From the human T2T-CHM13v2.0 reference genome, Homo sapiens, in the NCBI RefSeq assembly GCF_009914755.1, contig NC_060945.1: a stretch of 64,000 bases of DNA; one strand, written 5' to 3'. Every line of letters begins with the position of its first letter. Within the stretch, counting starts at the first letter, position 1. Positions 54,683 through 64,000 of this stretch are shown piece by piece. Below the pieces are notes generated by a model. That model ran no database searches. It had not been told where the DNA came from and saw nothing but the letters and a program-made list of their open reading frames with translations. The position numbers were made by a program, and so were the translations under genes.

Positions 54683-54925
54683 GAAACCAGCAAACGTCTC
54701 GCCAACCAGATCCCATTTATAATTCAGTATTTTATGCTCCGAGAGAATGGTGACTCCTTGCAGAAAGCCATGATGCAGATACTACAGGAAAAAAATCGCT
54801 ATTCCTGGCTGCTTCAAGAGCAGAGTGAGACCGCTACCAAGAGAAGAATCCTTAAGGAGAGAATTTACCGGCTCACTCAGGCGCGACACGCACTCTGTCA
54901 ATTCTCCAGCAAAGAGATCCACTGA
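54683..54925 (+). CDS. MX2: MX2 exon 14 coding part (GED/BSE), stop TGA
   Basis: ttccag|[17 protein letters not shown]...[11 protein letters not shown]; total CDS 2148 nt = 715 aa. Confidence 0.98.
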   Translation, partial: ETSKRLANQIPFIIQYFMLRENGDSLQKAMMQILQEKNRYSWLLQEQSETATKRRILKERIYRLTQARHALCQFSSKEIH

Positions 54926-55229
54926 AGGGCGGCGATGCCTGTGGTTGTTTTCTTGTGCGTACTCATTCATTCTAAGGGGAGTCGGTGCAGGATGCCGCTT
55001 CTGCTTTGGGGCCAAACTCTTCTGTCACTATCAGTGTCCATCTCTACTGTACTCCCTCAGCATCAGAGCATGCATCAGGGGTCCACACAGGCTCAGCTCT
55101 CTCCACCACCCAGCTCTTCCCTGACCTTCACGAAGGGATGGCTCTCCAGTCCTTGGGTCCCGTAGCACACAGTTACAGTGTCCTAAGATACTGCTATCAT
55201 TCTTCGCTAATTTGTATTTGTATTCCCTT

Positions 55230-55362
55230 CCCCCTACAAGATTATGAGACCCCAGAGGGGGAAGGTCTGGGTCAAATTCTTCTTTTGTATGTCCAGTCTC
55301 CTGCACAGCACCTGCAGCATTGTAACTGCTTAATAAATGACATCTCACTGAACGAATGAGTG
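55230..55362 (+). mobile_element. L2 3' end within the MX2 3'UTR
   Basis: '...cacagcacctgcagcattgtaactgcttaataaatgac...tgaacgaatgagt' resembles the L2 terminus. Confidence 0.6.
55332..55337 (+). terminator. MX2: Proximal AATAAA (candidate alternative MX2 poly(A) signal)
   Basis: Canonical hexamer ~400 nt after the stop. Confidence 0.5.
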
Positions 55363-55605
55363 CTGTGTAAGTGATGGAGATACCTGAGGCTATTGCTCAA
55401 GCCCAGGCCTTGGACATTTAGTGACTGTTAGCCGGTCCCTTTCAGATCCAGTGGCCATGCCCCCTGCTTCCCATGGTTCACTGTCATTGTGTTTCCCAGC
55501 CTCTCCACTCCCCCGCCAGAAAGGAGCCTGAGTGATTCTCTTTTCTTCTTGTTTCCCTGATTATGATGAGCTTCCATTGTTCTGTTAAGTCTTGAAGAGG
55601 AATTT

Positions 55606-55611
55606 AATAAA
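55606..55611 (+). terminator. MX2: MX2 likely main poly(A) signal AATAAA
   Basis: Canonical hexamer ~680 nt after the stop, U-rich upstream region. Confidence 0.75.
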
Positions 55612-55634
55612 GCAAAGAAACTTTTTAAAAACGT

Positions 55635-55970
55635 AGCCAGGTTCAGTGACTCATACCTGTAATCCCAGTGACTCTGGAGACTGAAGCAGAAGGATCACTT
55701 GAGCCCAGGAGTTCAAGACCAGACTGGGCAACACAGGGAGACCCTGTCTCTAAAAAAATTTGTTTGTAAGTAGCCAGACATGGTGGTGCACACCTGTAGT
55801 CCCAGCCACTCAGGTGGCTGGAGCAGGAGGATCCCTTGAGCCCAGGATTTTGAGGCTGCAGTGAGCCATGACTGCACCATGTACTACAGCCTGGGTGACA
55901 GAGTGAGAGTGAGACTCTGTCTCTGAATACACACACACACACACACACATACACAGAGAGAGAGAGAGAG
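55635..55970 (+). mobile_element. Alu (AluJ-like) with (CA)n(GA)n tail
   Basis: Full Alu directly after the poly(A) signal. Confidence 0.92.
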
Positions 55971-56306
55971 AACTTCACACCAGTGATCATCATTATGGGT
56001 AATTTTCTTTTCTTCTTCATGTTTTCCTGTATGTTTCAAATGATGAACATATAGATTCCTTAATAAAAAGGCAATAGAATAAATATCATTGCTGATTTGT
56101 TTTAAAACCCAAGTTTGAGATGGAAAGAGTGCCTCAAAAACATTCAGCTTTGTTCAGGGGTACAGACGAGAAAGATTACGTGAATTTCTTTCTTCATTTG
56201 CTGTAAAAGATGTTGGAAAAGAAAGTTCAAGTCAAAAATCACAGCTTGACCAGCATCCCCAAGAGCTCTCTTGCAGAGGTCTCTTTGATTTGTGTTCAAA
56301 TGCTAG

Positions 56307-56650
56307 TGTATTAGTCTGCTATAGCTGCCATAACAAATATCACATGCTGGGTGGCTTAAGCTACAGAAATTTATTTCCTCCCACCTCCAGAGGCTGGAAG
56401 TGTCTGAGATCAAAGTGTTGCTAGTTTGGTTTCTCCTGAGGTTTCTCTCCTTGGCTTGCAGACTGCCACCTTCTCACCAGGCCTATGCTTGGCCTCTCTC
56501 TTTTCTCTTACAAGGATCCCAGTCCTCTTGAATCAGGTCCCCACCCTTAGGGCTTCATTTAAGCTTGATCACCTCTTTAAAGACCCTACCTCCAAATGCA
56601 GTCACATTGGGAGTTAAGGCATCAGCATATGAATTTGAGGGTGGGGGCAT
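56307..56650 (-). mobile_element. MLT1-family MaLR LTR
   Basis: 'tgtattagtctgctatagctgccataacaaatatcac...atatgaatttgagg'. Confidence 0.75.
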
Positions 56651-57139
56651 AATTTGTTCCATTACAGCAAGTAAGAAAATAGACATGTGCATTCTGAACA
56701 CAAAACTCGAGCAATGACCAAAAACTTGGAAAAAGGTATCTCTAATTCAAAAGGCAGCAGATCTGGCCTGAAGCAAACCAGATGATCATGGAAAGGCTGA
56801 CATTGATCGATTGCTTGCAATCCTCCAAACGTGGAATTTGGGAATATGTTCCAGTTATCTATTGTTGTGTAACAATCACCCCAAAACTTAATGGCTTAAA
56901 ACAGCAGATGTATTCTTTCTCTGGATTCTGTGGGAAGTCTGTGTTGTTCCTCTGTGTGTCTCACCTGGGCTCACCCATGCGTCACAGTCACACAGAAGCT
57001 AGACAAGGCTGGGAGGTCCAAGGGAGCCTCACTCTTCAAACTACATTTCCATAAGGAACACTTGGGTTTCATTAGCACTGATTTCCAAAAGTAAGAATGT
57101 CAACCTAAAAGGAAGAAGCTGGCTATTTTTTTTTTTTCA

Positions 57140-60100
57140 GAGGGAAAATGGTGGGTAAGAAGCAGGACTAATGTGCAGTTTCCACTTGGATGGATAGAAC
57201 AGCATGTGGAGACTCACATTGTGAGCTTTTTCTCCAAGAACCACCACAGGAACATACCAGGAAAACCAAAAGAATTCACAGACCCTTTGAACAAAGTGGC
57301 TTGTCACTGCAAACACTGTGAGACAGCCAAAAAACTGTGAGCACCCGAAATGTAAGAGGGGAAAGCATCTCCAAACACACATCCTCACTGGGGAACCCAA
57401 AAATCCAGATCAGAGGGGAAGGATTTAACAGTATCTAGAGCTGAAATAAATTTAGAGAGCCGAGTGAAATATAAAAGTAGTAGAAGCAGTGGGAAGAGCC
57501 CTGCAGGCACTCCTGGTCCCCAGGGAAACCCAGGGAAGCCATTTCTGACTTTAATCTCACAGGGGTCCCTGGGGAGGGCAGCCAGTGGAAGTGGGGAAGG
57601 GCCACAGGGAGGAGACTTCCAGCTGAACTTTGTAATAATGCTGACTGATCGTGAGTTTTCCTGGACAGCATCCAGGGCAGGGAGAAGGGGAAATGGGAAG
57701 TGCAGGTAGGAGCACAGAAGCCATGACGGGGAGGGGAGGGGCATGGCCTGAAAGCCCTGCTTGCTTTCTCAATAGGGAGGCTTGTAACCTGCGGCAAGAT
57801 CTCAGTCCTGCGCACTACAGGCATGGATATAAAATCGGCTCTGTTGGATGTTGGGGGAGCATGGTGGGAGTGAGACTGGCCTTCTTGGCTGCATGGAAGC
57901 TGGATGAGACCTGTCACTGCCAGCTTTCCCTCACCTTCCTGGTGTCCTGTATGACACAGCAGAAGCAGACATAATCCCCCTGGGAATGTATCTCCATAAG
58001 CCTGAGAAGCACACCCCATCACTCACAGCAGCCATAACAAGCTCTGCCCAAGGAGAATCTGAGCTCAGACATGCCTAACCCTGCCCCACCTGATGGTCTT
58101 TCTCTACCTGCCCTGGTATTCAAAGACAAAAGACATAATCTCGTGGGAGCTCTACGGCCCCACCCATCACTTAAGAAACAGAAATACTTACCCAGGCAAC
58201 CTTAGGGCAAGCTTGTATCCTCCCTATACTGTGGCAGCTATTGCCCTCTTTGTAGCGCCACCTCTTGGCTGGAGGCCAACCCACTCAAGCCATTACAGCA
58301 ACTCATAACAGAACAACCCTGCCCCTAGAGAAAAAGAAAACAACAGCTAATTCCACTGCCTGTAATATCCTGGCTAGCCAGAGGTCCTGAATCTGTCCAC
58401 ATGACAACTTCACTGCTAGCATAACCAGCATTTGAGAAAACCAGCACACTAAACAAAATTACAAGCAAGGACACTCACAGAGCCCACTTCACTCCCCTGC
58501 TACCTCCACCAGGGCAGGTGCTGGTATCTGTGGCTGAGAGACCTAAAGACGTATCACATCACAGGGCTTTTTTCACACTCTCAGTACCAGCTCAGAGCCT
58601 GGTAGCTCCACTAGGTGGCTAGACCTTGAAGAGCAGTAACAATCACTGCTGTCCAGCTCTCAGGAAGTCCCATTCCTAGGAGAAGGGGGAGAGCGCCACA
58701 TCAAAGGATCACCCTGTGGGACAAAAGAATCTAAACAGCAGCCCTTGAGTCCCAGATCTTTCCTCTGACATAGTCTGCCCAAATGAGAAGGAACCAGAAA
58801 AACAATTCTGGTAATATGACAAAACAAGGTTCTTTAACACCCTCAAAAGATCACACCAGCTTACCAGCAATGGATCCAAACCAAGAATAAATCTCTGAAT
58901 TCCTAGAAAAAGAATTTAGAAGGTTGATTATTAAGCTACTCAAGGAGGCACGAGAAAGGTAAATACTAACTAAAAGAAATTTACAAAATAATACAGAATA
59001 TGAATGAAAAAATCTCCAGAGAACTAGATAACATAAATAAAAAACAATCACAACTTCTGAAAATTGAAGACACACTTAAAGAGAAATGGAAAACACACTG
59101 GAAAAAGTTTCAACAATTGATTGAAACAAGCAGAAGAAAGAACTTCAGAGCTCAGACACAAGGCTTTCAAATTAACCCAATCTGACAAAGACAAAGAAAA
59201 AAATAATTGTAATGAACAAAGCCTCAGAGAAGTTTGGGATTATGTTAAACAACCAAACTTAAGAATAATTGGTGTTCCTGAGTAAGAAGAAAAATATAAA
59301 AGTTTGAAAAACTTATTTGAGGAAATAATTGAGAAACAATTACCTGATGTTGCTAAAGATCTAGACATCCAACTACAAGAAGCTCTAAGAACACCTGGGA
59401 AATTCACTGCAAATAGATCATCACCTGGGCACATAGTCGCCAGGTTATCTAAAGTTAAGACAATGGAAAGAATCTTAAGAGGCATAAGGCAAAAGCATTA
59501 GGGTGAAAGAAAAACCTATCACATTAACAGCAGATTTCTCAGCAGAAACACTACAAGCTAGAAAGGAATGGGGTCCTATCTTTAGCCTCCTTAAACAAAA
59601 TAATTATCAGCCAAGAATTTTGTATCCAGCAAAACTAAGCTTCATAAATGAAGGAGAAATAGTCTTTTTCAGACAGACAAATGCTGAGAGAATTCACCAT
59701 TACCAAGCCGGCACTACAAGAACTACTAAAAGGAATTCTAAATCTCGAAACAAAACATGGAAATACACCAAAATAGAACCTCCTTAAATTATAAATCTCA
59801 CATGGTCTATAAAACAGCAACACAATGGAAAAAAAAAACAACGTATTCAGACAACTAGCATAATAAATAGAATAGTACCTCACATCTCAACACTAACGTT
59901 GAATGTAAACGGCCTAAATGCTTCATTTAAAAGATACAGAATTGCAGAATGGATAAGAATTCACCAACCAAGTATCTACTGTCTTCAAGAGAAACATCAA
60001 ATGCATAAAAACGCACAAAACTTAAGGTAAAGGGGTGGAAAAAGATATTCCATGCAAATAGACACCAAAAGCAAGCAGGAGTAGCTATTCTTATATCAGA

Positions 60101-63100
60101 CAAAACAGATTTTAAAGCAACAACAGTTTAAAAAAAAAAGACAAAAGAGGGACATTATATAATGATAAAAGGACTAGTCCAACAGGAAAATATCACAATC
60201 CTAAATACATATGCACCTAACACTGGAGCTCCCAAATTTATAAAACAATTACGACTAGACCTAAGAAACAAGATAGACAGCAACACAATAATAGTGGGGG
60301 ATTTCAATACTCCACTGACAGCACTAGACAGGTCATCAAGACAGAAAGTCAACAAAGAAACAATGGACTTAAACTATACCCTAGAACAAATGGACTTAAC
60401 AAATATGTACAGAATATTCTAACCAACAATATACATTATATTCATCAGCACATGCAACATTCTCCAAGGTAGACCGTATGATAGTCACAAAACAAGTCTC
60501 AATAAATTTAAGAAAATTGGAATTATATCATGCGCTCTCTCGGACCACAGTGGAATAAAATTGGAAATCAACTCCAAAAGGAACTCTCAAAACCACGCAA
60601 ACACATGGAAATTAAATAATCTGCTCCTGAATGATTGTTGGGTCAAGCATGAAATCAAGATGGTAATTAAAAAATTCTTTGAACTGAATGATAATAATAG
60701 TGACACAACCTGTCAAAACCTCTGGGATACAGCAAAACTGGTGCTAAGATGAAAGACCATAGCATTAAATACCTACATCAAAAATAGACAAGCACAAATG
60801 GACAATCTTAAGTCACACCTTAAGGAACTAGAGAAACAAGAACAAAACAAACCCAAACCCAGAAGAAGAAAAGAAATAAAGATCAGAGCAGAACTAAATG
60901 AAATTGAAACAAAAAAATACAAAAGATAAATGAAACAAAAAGCTTGTTCTTTGAAAAGATAAATGTTGATAGACCATTAGCAAGATTAACCAAGAAAAGA
61001 AGAGAGAGTATCCAAATAAGCTCAATCAGAAATGAAATAGGAGATAATACAACCAATAGCACAGAAATACAAAAGATCATTCAAGGATACTACGAACACT
61101 TTTATCCACACAAACGAGAAAATTTAGAGGAGATGGATAAATTACTGGAAATATACAACCCTCCTAGATTAAACCAGGAAGAAATAGAAACTCTGAACAG
61201 ACTAATAACAAGGAGCAAGATTGAAATCTTGGCAATTTAAAAACTTGAAACTATTCTAAAAGATAGAGAAAGAGGGAATCCTCCCTAAATCATTCTATGA
61301 AGCCAGTATCACCCTAATACCAAAACCAGGAAAGGACATAACAAAAAAAGAAAACTATAGACCAATATCTCTGATGAAATACGTAAAAATCCTCAACAAA
61401 ATACTAGGTAACCAAATCCAACAGCATATCGAAAAGAATCCACCATGGTCAAGTGGGTTTTATACCATGGATCCAGGGATGTTTTAACATATGCAAGTCA
61501 ATAAATGTGATACACCACATAAACAGAATTAAAAACAAAAATCACATAAGCATCTCAATAGATGCAGAAAAAACATTTGACAAAATCCAGCATCCCTTTA
61601 TGATTAAAACCCTCAGCAAAATCAGCATAGAAAGGACATACCTTAAGGTAATAAAAGCTATCCATGACAAACCCACAGCCAACATTATACTGAACGTGGA
61701 AAAGTTGAAAGCATTCCCCCTGAGAACTGGAGCAAGATAAGGATGCCCACTTTCACCACTTGTATCTATTCAACATCGTACTGGGAGTCCTAGCCAGAGC
61801 AATCAGACAAGAGAAAGAAATAAAAGGCATCCACATCAGTAAAGAGTAAGTCAAATTATCACTGTTCACCAATGATATGATTATATACCTAGAAAACCTT
61901 AAAATACTTGTCCAAAAAGCTCTTAGATCTGATAAATGAATTCAGTAAAGTTTCAGGATACAAAATCAATGTACACAAATCAATAGCACTTCTATACACC
62001 AACAGTGACCAAGCTGAGAGCTGAGAGTGAAATCAAGAACTCAACCCCTTTCACAATAGCTGCAAAAAAAAATGAACAAACAAACTTAGGAATATACTTA
62101 ACCAAGGAAGTGAAAGACCTCTATAAGGAAAACTACAAAATCCTGCTGAAAGAAATCATAGATGTCACAAACAAATGGAAACATATCCCATGCACATGGA
62201 TGGATAGAATCAATATTGTGAATATGACCACAATGCCAAAAGCAATCTACAAATTCAGTGCAATTCCCATGAAAATACAACCATCATTCTTCACAGAACT
62301 AGAAAAAACATTCTTAACATTCATATGGAACCAAAAAAGGAGCCCGCATAGCCAAAGCAAAACTAAGCAAAAAGAATAAACCTGGAGGCATCATATTACC
62401 CAACTTCAAACTATACTACAAGGCTATAGTCCCCAAAACAGCATGATACTGATATAAAAATAGGCACATAGACCAATGGAACAGAATACATAACCCAGAA
62501 ATAAAGCCAAATACTTATAGCTGACTGAACTTTGACAAAGCAAACAAAAGCATAAAGTGGGGAAAGGACACCCTATTCAACACATGGTGCTGGGATAATT
62601 GGCAAGCTACATGTAGAAGAATGAAACTGGATCCTCATATCTTGCCTTATACAAAAGTCAACTCAAGATGGATCAAAGACTTAAATCTAGGACCTAAAAC
62701 CATAAAAATTCTAGAAGATAACATTGGAAAAACCCTTGTAGACATTGGCTTAGGCAAAGAGTTCATGACCAAGAACCCAAAAGCAAATGCAACAAAAATG
62801 AAGACAAATGGATCGGACTTAATTAAGCTGAAAAGCTTCTACACAGCAAAAGAAATAATTAGCAGAGTAAATAGACAACATACAGAGTGGGAGAAAATTT
62901 TGCAAACTATGCAGCCAACGAAGGGCTAATATCCAGAATCTACAAGGAACTCAAACAAATCAGCAAGAAGAAAACAAATACTCCCTCACAAAGTGGGCTA
63001 AGGATGTGAATAGACAATTCTCAAAAGAAGATATACAAATGGCCAACATATAAAAAAAAATCAACATCACTAATTATTAGGAAAATGCAAATCAAAACCA

Positions 63101-63999
63101 CAATGGGATACCACCTTACTCCTGCAAGAAGGGCCACAATCAAGAAATCAAAAAATAATAGATGTTGGCATTAATGTGGTGAAAGGGATCACTTTTACAC
63201 TGCTGGCAGGAATGTAAACTAGTACAACCAATGGAAAACAGTAGAGTTTCCTTAAATAACTGAAAGTAGATCTACCATTTGATCCAACAATCCCACTAGT
63301 GGGTATTTAGCCAGTGGAAAATAAGTCATTATATGAAAAAGACACTTGCACACACATGTTTATAGCAGCACAATTCCCCAAGTGCCCACCAATCAACAAG
63401 TGGACAAAATGTTATATATATATGTGTATATATATGTATATATATATAATGTGATATATATGTATATATATAATGTGATATATATGTATATATAATAATG
63501 TGATATATATGTGTATATATAATGTGATATATATGTATATATATATAATGTGATATATATGTATATATATATAATGTGATATATATGTGTGTGTGTATAT
63601 ATATAATGTGATATATATATGTGAATACTACTACTACTACTACTACTACTACTAATACTCAGCCATAAAAAGGAATGAAATAATGGCATTCACAGCAACC
63701 TGGATGGAGTTGGAGACCATTATTCTAAGTGAAGTAACTCGGGAATAAAAACCAAACATTGTATATTCTCACTCATAAGTGAGATTATACAAGCTATGAG
63801 GATGCAAAGTCATAAGAATGATACAATAAACATTGGGAACTCAGGGGGAAGGGTGAGGGTGGGGTGAGGGATAAAAGACTAGACATCGGGTACAGTATAC
63901 ACTGCTTGGGTGATGGGTGCACCAAAATCCCAGAAATCACGATTAAAGAACTTGTCAATGTAACCAAACACCACCTGTTCCTCAAAAACTATTGAAATA
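57140..63999 (+). mobile_element. Near-full-length, inactivated L1 (L1PB-like): 5'UTR, ORF1 and ORF2 remnants, 3'UTR
   Basis: ORF1 fragments (NLFEEII, ITLTADFSAETLQAR, YPAKLSF), endonuclease (YAPNTGAP, IVGDFNTPL), RT ([16 protein letters not shown]), many stops and frameshifts; ends at 'aaataa'. Confidence 0.92.
63410..63655. repeat. AT-rich minisatellite (TATATATAATGTGATATATATG-like) plus (TAC)n within the L1 3' region
   Basis: About 8 imperfect units followed by a TAC trinucleotide run. Confidence 0.92.
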
Positions 64000-64000
64000 A

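Noticed and set aside
55230-55362. miR-28-family target site in the L2 part of the MX2 3'UTR
   Set aside because: The expected AGCTCC seed match is not retained at the corresponding position
59000-62930. Active L1 or domesticated reverse transcriptase
   Set aside because: Many stops and frameshifts, an apparent internal deletion near 61240 and a broken catalytic motif
56000-64000. MX1 exons
   Set aside because: No Mx-like coding sequence or ISRE promoter found here; MX1 would lie beyond the window

Overview
Eukaryotic (human-type) genomic DNA that I recognise as the FAM3B-MX2 locus of chromosome 21q22.3. It holds the last coding exon and 3' end of FAM3B (3719-~4045) and the complete interferon-induced dynamin-like GTPase gene MX2 (MxB) on the + strand. 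MX2 has a tandem-ISRE promoter at ~8.5 kb, a non-coding exon 1 and 13 coding exons from 23518 to 54925. All coding exons are GT-AG and phase-consistent, and they sum to 2148 nt (715 aa + stop). The rest is mostly transposon-derived: many Alus, L1/L2/MIR fragments, MaLR and ERV LTRs, DNA transposon relics, an ERV pol remnant and a near-full-length decayed L1PB-type element at 57.1-64 kb. Most ORF-track entries are spurious. I see no wholly new multi-gene system. The best leads are: (i) a 100-bp templated insertion with fold-back/palindrome junctions in MX2 intron 1; (ii) a GC-rich second promoter-like module in intron 1 with an overlapping NF-kB/GAS site and a YY1/Kozak-uORF element; (iii) a minisatellite with an 83-bp higher-order duplication in intron 3; (iv) a transposon-borne consensus ISRE in intron 5; (v) an L2-derived alternative poly(A) signal; (vi) a chimeric L1-in-L1 insertion. 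Repeat subfamily names come from recalled consensus sequences and repeat boundaries are approximate.
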